In this document: positions 39,773 to 47,160 of the stretch, piece by piece
Numbering within the stretch: position 1 is the stretch's first letter
Layout: each line of letters begins with the position of its first letter
Assembly: GCA_009692535.1 (NCBI GenBank)
Contig: SHYZ01000001.1
Location: 15,360 to 79,359 of the forward strand
Length of the DNA: 64,000 nt
Origin: Myxococcales bacterium
Lineage (GTDB): Bacteria > Myxococcota_A > Polyangia > Haliangiales > SHYZ01
Reading direction: 5' to 3'
The notes under the pieces: generated by a model
What the model saw: the letters and a program-made list of their open reading frames with translations, nothing else
What the model was told of the DNA's origin: nothing
Databases searched by the model: none
Program-made: the position numbers and the translations under genes

Positions 39773-41137
39773 ATGGCCGCTCGACCCAATCAATCCCCAG
39801 GCGCCCCCCGCCCCAAGATCCTGCGCATCGGCATCCTGCTCGGCGGCAAGATCGTCGAGGAGCGCCTCGTCCGCGAGCGGACGAACGTAACCATCGGCCA
39901 GTCGTCCAAGAACACGTTCTGCATCCCGGCGCCCGAGATCGGCCGTGTCTGGCCGCTCTTCCGGCTGATCAACGGCCGCTACGCACTCTGCCTGACCGAG
40001 ACGATGGACGGGCGCCTCTCCGACGGCGGCCAGGTGCTTCCGCTCGCGCAGGCGCGCGTCGCCCCTGGCGTGCAGCGCTCGGGCAACGCCTTCCTCATCC
40101 CGCTCTCCGACACCGCGCGCGGCAAGGTCATCGTCGGCGACATGACGCTGCTCTTCCAGTTCGTCGTCGCACCGCCACTCCAGCCGCGACCGCAGCTGCC
40201 TCCGTCCGTGCGCGGCACGCTCGCCGACCGCATCGACCCGCACTTGGCGATCGTGCTGGCGCTGTCGCTCCTCTTCCACATGGGCTCGACGCTCTACGTG
40301 TATCGACTGGATCCTCCCAAAGAGGTGGATCCGGCGGAGATTCCCGAGCACCTGCGCGACCTCGTGGTGCAGGAGCCACCCAAGCCGCCCGCACCGAAGG
40401 ACACCGGCGCCAGCGAAGAGAAGAAGGCCGACGAGAAGAAGCCCGACGAGAAGAAGCCCGACAAGGCGGGCAAACCCGACGAGAAGAAACCCGATTCCTC
40501 CACCGATGCGTCCGCTGGCGCAAAGCAAAAGGCGCGCGTCTCGGGCGCCCTCGCGATCCTCGGGTCAGAGGGGGACGGCTCGAACAGCAGCGCGTACGCC
40601 GACGTGACCGGCGGCAAGACCGTCGGTGGCGACTCGGTCAAGAGCGCGCTCCAGGACGCGCGCGACGGTGGCGGGCTCGCGATGAACGAAGGGGGCACCG
40701 GCTCGAAGGGCACCGGCTCCGGGCGCATCGGCGGCGTGGACGGCTCGGGCGGCACCGGGCCGGTCGAGACGGGTGGCAAGGGGGGCTCCGGCTTGGTGGA
40801 GACCATCAAGGGCGATGTGAAGTCGTCGGGGCAGGAAGAGATCGACAACGAGGGGCTCGACGCGGAGGGGATCTTCCGCAAGATCCGCTCGACCTACATG
40901 AAGAATTTGGAGAAGTGCTACAACGACGCGCTCAAGGCCAACCAGAGCCTGCGCGGGGCCGTCGAGGTGACGATCAGCATTGGCCCGAACGGCAACGTGC
41001 AGAGCGCGGCCGTGGACGGGTTCGACCCGACGATGGACAGCTGCGTCAAGGAGAAGGCCAGAAACTGGCGCTTCGACAACCCGGACAAGTTCAAGGGGAC
41101 CTTCGCGTACACCTTCAGCTTCAGCCCGAACCGCTAG
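39773..41137 (+). CDS. FHA-like / TM(SxxxH) / KP-rich linker / TonB_C-like (AgmX-PglI-type) protein (GltG/NfsG-like)
   Basis: The N-terminal 130 aa resembles FHA (VTIGQSSKNTFCIP ... KVIVGDMTLLFQF). TM helix LAIVLALSLLFHMGSTLYVY carries SxxxH. The linker reads EEKKADEKKPDEKKPDKAGKPDEKKPD. The C-terminal GAVEVTISIGPNGNVQSAAVDGFDPTMDSCVKEKARNWRF has the TonB_C pattern. Confidence 0.75.
   Translation: MAARPNQSPGAPRPKILRIGILLGGKIVEERLVRERTNVTIGQSSKNTFCIPAPEIGRVWPLFRLINGRYALCLTETMDGRLSDGGQVLPLAQARVAPGVQRSGNAFLIPLSDTARGKVIVGDMTLLFQFVVAPPLQPRPQLPPSVRGTLADRIDPHLAIVLALSLLFHMGSTLYVYRLDPPKEVDPAEIPEHLRDLVVQEPPKPPAPKDTGASEEKKADEKKPDEKKPDKAGKPDEKKPDSSTDASAGAKQKARVSGALAILGSEGDGSNSSAYADVTGGKTVGGDSVKSALQDARDGGGLAMNEGGTGSKGTGSGRIGGVDGSGGTGPVETGGKGGSGLVETIKGDVKSSGQEEIDNEGLDAEGIFRKIRSTYMKNLEKCYNDALKANQSLRGAVEVTISIGPNGNVQSAAVDGFDPTMDSCVKEKARNWRFDNPDKFKGTFAYTFSFSPNR
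40415..40492 (+). repeat. Coding 15-bp repeat (GACGAGAAGAAGCCC; DEKKP)
   Basis: Two perfect copies, one near-perfect copy, and related flanking units. Confidence 0.8.
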
Positions 41138-41205
41138 TCCGTTGTCACCACTTCGGGCGGGCGAGCGACCCCTGCATGAACGTCCGGTAGCCCTCCGGCC
41201 ACTAA

Positions 41206-41234
41206 TTGACACTGCCCGGACCGCTTCGTAAGAT
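41206..41234 (+). promoter_or_regulatory. Near-consensus sigma70-type promoter between the Glt-like and polysaccharide gene sets
   Basis: TTGACA (41206-41211), a 17-nt spacer, then TAAGAT (41229-41234). A GGAGG sequence lies about 7 nt before the TTG start at 41275. Confidence 0.55.
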
Positions 41235-41274
41235 GGCGACCTCTTTCGGGAGAGAACGACCCGGAGGCTTTTGA

Positions 41275-41871
41275 TTGTCCTACATTTTCTGGTCTAGAAC
41301 CCACTCCACGCTGTTCGTCGCCACGCTACTTTGCGGAGGCGGTTTTGTGTTCGCCCAGGAAGCGCCGAAAGCGACAACCGTCGGCGACCAACCGGTCGAG
41401 GCGGTGGACGTGCCGCTTCGCAAGCGCGCCGAAATCTCGTCGCGCGACATGGCCAAGCAGGCGACCTCGATCCTGTCGGGCATGAAAGAGACGCTCCAGC
41501 ACGTCGTAAAACAGCAGGAGCAGGCCAAGAAGCTCCGCGATGTCATCAAGGTGAACTGCGTCGCCGACAAGCTCCTCCAGATCAAGCAGCTCGTGAACAT
41601 TGGCGAGTCCGCCAACACGAACCTGCAAGAGGCGACCGCTCGCGAGGACGAGGAGTCGCGGTACCACGAGTTCGGTCGCATCACGATCGCTGGCCAACAG
41701 GTGGCGGTCCTTCGCTCCGAGGCTGACAACTGCATCGGGGTCGACCTGACGTTCATGGGTCCGACTCAGGTGGTGGTTGAGACGCCGAATGAGCCGGAAG
41801 ACCCGACCCTGCCGAGTGAGCCGACGTTCCCTGTGGTGGAGCCACCGCCAGTCGCCAGTCCGTTCGTCTGA
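41275..41871 (+). CDS. Secreted coiled-coil protein of unknown function
   Basis: TTG start preceded by GGAGG. Signal peptide STLFVATLLCGGGFVFA/QE. The central region is helical and heptad-like. Confidence 0.6.
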   Translation: MSYIFWSRTHSTLFVATLLCGGGFVFAQEAPKATTVGDQPVEAVDVPLRKRAEISSRDMAKQATSILSGMKETLQHVVKQQEQAKKLRDVIKVNCVADKLLQIKQLVNIGESANTNLQEATAREDEESRYHEFGRITIAGQQVAVLRSEADNCIGVDLTFMGPTQVVVETPNEPEDPTLPSEPTFPVVEPPPVASPFV

Positions 41872-41893
41872 GCGAAGCGCCGCGCCCTCTCCC

Positions 41894-43270
41894 ATGACCG
41901 ACTCGTTCCGTCGCCCGCTGCTGTGCGCTGCGCTCTTCGTGACCGCGACGCCTGCGTTCGCGCTCGCGCAGTCGGCGCGTGGCGAAGGCGGCGCGAGTGC
42001 CGACTCGGTGGGCGAGGCCAGCGGAGACCCACCCGGGCTGCTCGAGGGCGGCGGGATCCTCGTCGGTGAGGGCATCACGTTTCACCCGACGCTCGAGCTC
42101 CACGGCGGCTACCAGTCCAACGTGTTCTTCGAGGACGACAACGATCGCGGCAACCAGGGGCAGATCGGCTCGCCGATCATCAGGTTCGCGGTCGGTGGCG
42201 GACTCGGCACCCGGCCGCTCCAGCGCCTCGAGGTCGAAGCCGGCGACGGCGAGCCTCCGTCGCGCAAGCTCGCACTCCGCGGCGACGTCCTGCTCACCTG
42301 GAACCAGTACCTCGCCGAGCATTGGGGCGTCTCGGAGCAGAGCGATCTCGGCGTCGGCCTGCTGCTTGACGCCCACTTCAACCCCGACGCACCGCTCTCG
42401 GTCCGCGTTCGCGAGGGGTTCACGCGCGCGGTCACGCCACCGACGGCCCTCTCCATCGAGGGCGCCGACCGCGACAAGAACGACCTCGTGCTCGGAATCG
42501 TCTACAAGCCGGGCGGCGGCGCGATCGAGGGCTACGCGCACTACACGTTCGGCGTGGACCTCTTCGAGCGCAATGCACTCCAGTTCTCAAATCGCGCCTC
42601 GCACATGGGCACGGTCGGCGGGCGGTGGCAGTGGCTGCCGAAAACGCAGTTCAACACCGAGGCAAACGTCGGTCTCGTCAGCGGCACGTCGCTCAAGAGC
42701 GACTCGATGCCGATGCGTTTCTGGGCCGGCACCTCGACGCTGATCACGCCCACCGTCGGGCTGGTGCTGCGCGGCGGGTACGGCATGGGCAACTACACCA
42801 CCGGCGAGACGTTCGACAGCTACCTCGCGCAGGCCGAGGGGCGCATCGCGGTCGGCCCGGTGTTCCGGCTCGCGTTCGGCTACTCGCACGACTTCACCGA
42901 CACGCTGATCGCGAACTTCTACACCGACCACGCGGTCTACGGTCGCATGAGCACGCAGGTCGCAGGGCGACTCCAGCTGCGCGCGCGCGGCGAGCTGCGC
43001 TTCCGCGACTACTCGGGCATCCCGATGACGGCGCAGGGCGTCGTATTTTGCTCCGGCGGCGCGGCCTCCTGCTCGTCGAGCGACCGCACCGACATCGTGG
43101 CGCGCGTCGACACCACGCTCGACTACCAGTTCAACCCCTGGCTGGTCCTCGGCGGCGCGTTCACGCTGCTCAGCGACACGACCGACTTCTTCATCGTGGC
43201 GGGCTCGCAGAGCGACTCCGCCGGCTTCGTCTGGACCGAGTTCCTGGCGAAGGCGTCAGCTCACTTCTAA
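41894..43270 (+). CDS. Outer-membrane beta-barrel (Wzp/ExoB-type porin partner of the short OPX; alternative: GltH/NfsH-like)
   Basis: The ATG at 41894 gives the signal peptide MTDSFRRPLLCAALFVTATPAFALA/QS. There are many short amphipathic strands with aromatic ends. The sequence terminates ...FLAKASAHF. It lies 15 nt upstream of the OPX gene. Confidence 0.6.
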   Translation: MTDSFRRPLLCAALFVTATPAFALAQSARGEGGASADSVGEASGDPPGLLEGGGILVGEGITFHPTLELHGGYQSNVFFEDDNDRGNQGQIGSPIIRFAVGGGLGTRPLQRLEVEAGDGEPPSRKLALRGDVLLTWNQYLAEHWGVSEQSDLGVGLLLDAHFNPDAPLSVRVREGFTRAVTPPTALSIEGADRDKNDLVLGIVYKPGGGAIEGYAHYTFGVDLFERNALQFSNRASHMGTVGGRWQWLPKTQFNTEANVGLVSGTSLKSDSMPMRFWAGTSTLITPTVGLVLRGGYGMGNYTTGETFDSYLAQAEGRIAVGPVFRLAFGYSHDFTDTLIANFYTDHAVYGRMSTQVAGRLQLRARGELRFRDYSGIPMTAQGVVFCSGGAASCSSSDRTDIVARVDTTLDYQFNPWLVLGGAFTLLSDTTDFFIVAGSQSDSAGFVWTEFLAKASAHF

Positions 43271-43285
43271 ATCTTGAGGTTTCGC

Positions 43286-43927
43286 ATGCCGCGTGCAGCG
43301 CTCAACCCGCACGCGAGCCTCCGGGTACGTCGCTCCGTCGGCGTCGTGCTCGCGTTGCTCGCAGCCCTCTCCACCGCCGCGTGCATTCGCGACGTCCCGG
43401 TCGCGCCGTATCCCGACCTGCCCGAGCCGCCCGCCTCCGACCTCGCCGTCGGCCCCGGCGACGCTTTCGACGTACGCGTGTTCGATGAGGCCGCGCTGTC
43501 GAACACCTACGTCGTGGCGGCGGACGGCATGATCAACTTTCCGCTCATCGGCCTCGTCGCGGTGGGGACCCTGGTGCCGTCGGAGATCGAGAAGGAGCTC
43601 GCGCGCCGCCTGTCCGACGGCTTCGTGCGCAGCCCGCAGGTCTCGGTGCTGATGAAGGAGTACCGCTCGAAGACGGTCACGGTCACCGGCCAGGTGCGCG
43701 CCCCTGGCACGTTCGGCTATGTGCGCCACATGTCGATCGTCGAAGCAGTCGCGCGCGCCGGTGGCTTCACCGCGCTCGCGAAGAAGAACAGCGTCAAGGT
43801 CACACGCACCGCCGAGGGGCCGCGGCAAATCCTCTTCGTGGCCGTCGACGACATCGGCAAGGGCAAGTCGCCCGACTTCATCCTGCGGCCGGGCGACAAG
43901 ATTCTCGTCGAAGAGCGGCCGTTCTAG
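43286..43927 (+). CDS. Short outer-membrane polysaccharide export (OPX, Wza-like) lipoprotein lacking the C-terminal OM helix
   Basis: Lipobox LSTAAC. Poly_export motif GPGDAFDVRVFDE...YVVAADGMINFPLIG.V.V.G....EIEKELARRL. One SLBB-like module (VTVTGQVRAPGTF ... ILRPGDKILV). The protein ends after only 213 aa. Confidence 0.8.
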   Translation: MPRAALNPHASLRVRRSVGVVLALLAALSTAACIRDVPVAPYPDLPEPPASDLAVGPGDAFDVRVFDEAALSNTYVVAADGMINFPLIGLVAVGTLVPSEIEKELARRLSDGFVRSPQVSVLMKEYRSKTVTVTGQVRAPGTFGYVRHMSIVEAVARAGGFTALAKKNSVKVTRTAEGPRQILFVAVDDIGKGKSPDFILRPGDKILVEERPF

Positions 43928-43931
43928 CGAC

Positions 43932-45077
43932 GTGACGGCGGGCGCGGTCAAGCTGGCGCATGTCTGGTCCTCGGACATGGGCATCGTGCTGTCGCTGCCG
44001 CAGCTGCGTCACTTCGTCGCGCGAGGCTGGGAGGTATTTGCGATCTGCCCCGACGGGCCACGGCTCGACGAGGTGCGCCGCGCGGGCGTGACCTGGCTGC
44101 CGATTCCGCTCTCCCGACGACTCGTCGATCCCGCCGGCGACTTGCGGTCGGCCGCGCGCATCGCAACGTACTGTCGGCGCCATCGCTTCGATCTGGTGCA
44201 CACGCACAACGTGAAGACCGGCTTCATCGGTCGCCTGTTCGCGCGCGCCGGCGGTGCGCCCCGCGTGCTCCACACGATGCACGGCATGCCGTTCGGCGCC
44301 GAGACGCCGGCCATGCGCCGCCTCGGCCACGCGGGGCTCGAGTGGCTCGCGTGCCGGTTCGTGGACCGCGTGCTGGTGCAGAGCGAAGAGGATCTGCGCA
44401 CGATGCAGGCGCATCGGCTGCTCCCGGCAGGCCGACTCACGCGCATCGGCAACGGCGTGCCGCTCGACCGCTTCGATCCGGCGCGGGCCGACGGCGCCGC
44501 GGTTCGGGCCGAGCTTGGGATCGCGCCGCACGAGCTGCTCGTCGTGTCGGCGGGCCGGCTGGTGCGATCCAAGGGGTTCGTCGAGCTCGCTGAGGCGACG
44601 CGGCTCGCGCGCATCGAGGAGCCGCGCTTGCGGGTCGCGATCGTCGGCCCCCGTGACCTCGACAAGGCCGACGCGCTCACCGACCGCGAGCTCGACGCGG
44701 TACGCGCGGCCGGTGTGCTGCTGCCGGGCGAGCGGGCCGACATGCCCGACGTGCTCGCCGCGGCCGACATCGTCACGCTGCCGTCGTGGCACGAGGGCAT
44801 GCCGCGCGTGCTCATCGAGGGCGCAGCGCTTGGCAAGCCGCTCGTCGCCACCAACGTGCGCGGCTGTCGCGAGGTGGTCGTCGATCCCGACGGCGGCGCG
44901 CTGACGCCGGTACGCGACGCGCATGCACTCGCACACGCGCTCGTCGCGCTCGCTCGCGATCCTGCACGCAGGAAGGCGGCGGGGGCATTCAACCGGGCGC
45001 GCGCGCTCGCCGAGTACGACGTCAGCGCGGTGATCCGCCGCGTCGAGACTGTGTACGAGGAGCTACTCGGGGCATGA
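43932..45077 (+). CDS. Glycosyltransferase family 4 (GT-B)
   Basis: The GTG at 43932 lies 4 nt after the OPX stop. N-terminus is KLAHVWSSDMG. EX7E region is PSWHEGMPRVLIEGAALGKPLVATNVRGCREVV. Confidence 0.85.
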   Translation: MTAGAVKLAHVWSSDMGIVLSLPQLRHFVARGWEVFAICPDGPRLDEVRRAGVTWLPIPLSRRLVDPAGDLRSAARIATYCRRHRFDLVHTHNVKTGFIGRLFARAGGAPRVLHTMHGMPFGAETPAMRRLGHAGLEWLACRFVDRVLVQSEEDLRTMQAHRLLPAGRLTRIGNGVPLDRFDPARADGAAVRAELGIAPHELLVVSAGRLVRSKGFVELAEATRLARIEEPRLRVAIVGPRDLDKADALTDRELDAVRAAGVLLPGERADMPDVLAAADIVTLPSWHEGMPRVLIEGAALGKPLVATNVRGCREVVVDPDGGALTPVRDAHALAHALVALARDPARRKAAGAFNRARALAEYDVSAVIRRVETVYEELLGA

Positions 45078-46057
45078 CGGCGGCCCCCCTCCTCTTCGTC
45101 ACGGGCGCCACCGGCTGCGTCGGTCGCGCGGTCATCGCGCGCGCTCTCGCGGCCGGCTGGCGCGTGCGCGGCCTCGCACGCCACGCGCTCCCGAGTGGCG
45201 ATCCGCTGCTCGTGGGCCTCGACCTCCGCGTTGGCAGCGTCACCGACGAGCACGCCGTGCGCGAGTCGGCCGCCGGCGCGCGCGCAATCGTGCACCTCGC
45301 GGCATGGGTGCACGCGGAGCCGCGCGACTCGGCAGAGCACGACGAGCTTCACCGCACGATCGTCGACGGCACAGCCCACGTCGCCCGCGCCGCCGCCGCC
45401 GAAGGAGCGCGACTCGTAAACGCCTCGACGGTCGCGGTCTACGGCAGTTGGCTCCCCTCGCCCTGCGACGAGGCGACGCCGCCCGCCGCCGAGTCCCCGT
45501 ACGCCCGCGCCAAACTCGCGGCCGAAGCTGCCGCCGCGCTGGTGCCGGGCGCCACGTCGCTCCGCATCGCGCTGGTCCATGGGCCGCACGACCGCGGTAA
45601 CCTGCTGCGGCTGCTCCGCGCGATCGATCGCGGCCTCGCCTTCGTCGTCGGAGACGGCACGAATCGCAAATCGCTGGTCTACGTCGAGCACCTCGCTGCG
45701 CGCGTTCTTCGCTTGATCGAAGCGGATCGCGCCGGCGGCATCTTCATCGCGGCCGACGCGCCAGCGCCGACACAGCATGAACTCGTCGTCGCACTCTCCC
45801 GCGCGCTCGGCCGGCGCCCGCCGCCGCGCTTGCCCCGCGCGCCGCTCGAGTGGGCCGGCGCTGCGGTCGACCTCGCGCGTCGAGCGGTCCGCGCCCAGGG
45901 CGGCTCGTGGCGGCAGCGCGTCAAGAAGTTGGCCGCGCCGACTGAGTTTCGCGGCGACCGACTCGACGCGCTGCTCGGCTACCAGCCCGAGCTGACGCTA
46001 GACGAGTCACTTCAGCGCACGGTCGCGTGGTGGAAACACCAGGAACTCCGGCCATGA
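45074..46057 (+). CDS. NAD-dependent epimerase/dehydratase (extended SDR)
   Basis: ATGA overlap with the upstream gene. Motifs are FVTGATGCVGRAV and the YxxxK element YARAKLAAE. Confidence 0.85.
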   Translation: MTAAPLLFVTGATGCVGRAVIARALAAGWRVRGLARHALPSGDPLLVGLDLRVGSVTDEHAVRESAAGARAIVHLAAWVHAEPRDSAEHDELHRTIVDGTAHVARAAAAEGARLVNASTVAVYGSWLPSPCDEATPPAAESPYARAKLAAEAAAALVPGATSLRIALVHGPHDRGNLLRLLRAIDRGLAFVVGDGTNRKSLVYVEHLAARVLRLIEADRAGGIFIAADAPAPTQHELVVALSRALGRRPPPRLPRAPLEWAGAAVDLARRAVRAQGGSWRQRVKKLAAPTEFRGDRLDALLGYQPELTLDESLQRTVAWWKHQELRP

Positions 46058-47160
46058 CGGCCCCGCTCACCCTCCTGCTTCTGGTGGCGACCACCGTCGG
46101 CGCCCTGCTCGGTCTCGGCGGCGCCGCGCTCATGCTCTCGCGCGCCGGCCGTGGCCGCATTACCGTCGACGAGCCCGACCTGCGCCGGCTCCACACCACC
46201 CCCACGCCGCGCGGTGGCGGCCTCGGCATCGTCGTCGCCGGCCTCCTCGCCAGCCTCGTCGCCCTCTGCCTCGCACCATCGTCGGCCGACGCGCGACTCG
46301 TCGCGATCGTGGTCTGGGCGTGGGCATTGCCGAACGGCCTCCTCGGCATCCTCGACGACCGCCGCCCACTGCCCGCGCGCGCCAAGCTCACGGTGCAAGT
46401 AGCGGCCGCGCTCTGCGCGACGGGACTCGGGCTCCGACTCGACCTGCTCGCACTGCCGCCGTTTCCCGCGCTCGCGTTGCCGGTCGCACTCGCCTGGTTC
46501 GCCAGCGTCGTCTGGCTGATCTGGATCGCCAACGGCTTCAACTTCATGGACGGCATGGACGCACTCGCGGCTCCGTCGGGCGCGCTCTTCGCCAGCGGCC
46601 TCACCCTGCTCGCGCTCGCCGCGAACCTGCCGCTCCTCGCCATCACGACCGCATGCACCGGCGGCGCCCTGCTCGGCTTCCTTCGCTACAACTGGCCGCC
46701 CGCGCGCATCTTCATGGGCGACGGCGGGAGCCTCTTCGCCGGAGCACTCTTCGGCGGCAGCGCGCTCGCGCTCGCAACACCCGCCGCCGGCTCGATGCCA
46801 CTCGCCGCGCCGCTGCTGCTGCTCGGCCCGTTCATCTGGGACACCACGTTCACCCTGCTCCGTCGCGCCGTGCGCCGAGAGCCGCTCATGACCGCGCACC
46901 GCACGCACCTCTACCAGCGGCTCGTGCTCGCCGGCTGGCCGCAGTCACGCGTCCGCGCGCTCTACCTCCTGCTCGCCCTCGCCGGCCTCGCCGCCGCGCT
47001 CGCCCTCGCCGTGCCCCAAGCCAACTCTCGTCCGCACGGACTCCACCTGCTCGTCCTCCTCGGCGCCGTCACCGCAGCCGGCGCGCTCGCAATCGGCACG
47101 CACCTCGTCGAGCGGCGCGCCGTCGCGTCCTCCCCCACGTCCCTCGAGCCGCGCCGATGA
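46054..47160 (+). CDS. Polyprenyl-phosphate N-acetylhexosamine-1-phosphate transferase (MraY/WecA family initiating enzyme)
   Basis: ATGA overlap with the upstream gene. About 10 TM helices. Motifs are LGILDD, NGFNFMDGMDALA and FMGDGGSLFAG. Confidence 0.85.
   Translation: MTAPLTLLLLVATTVGALLGLGGAALMLSRAGRGRITVDEPDLRRLHTTPTPRGGGLGIVVAGLLASLVALCLAPSSADARLVAIVVWAWALPNGLLGILDDRRPLPARAKLTVQVAAALCATGLGLRLDLLALPPFPALALPVALAWFASVVWLIWIANGFNFMDGMDALAAPSGALFASGLTLLALAANLPLLAITTACTGGALLGFLRYNWPPARIFMGDGGSLFAGALFGGSALALATPAAGSMPLAAPLLLLGPFIWDTTFTLLRRAVRREPLMTAHRTHLYQRLVLAGWPQSRVRALYLLLALAGLAAALALAVPQANSRPHGLHLLVLLGAVTAAGALAIGTHLVERRAVASSPTSLEPRR

Noticed and set aside
41894-43270. Assigning the 458-aa barrel firmly as GltH/NfsH
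   Set aside because: Its size, and its position 15 nt upstream of a truncated OPX and after an internal promoter, fit a Wzp/ExoB-type porin better. It is left as an either/or call pending structure prediction.
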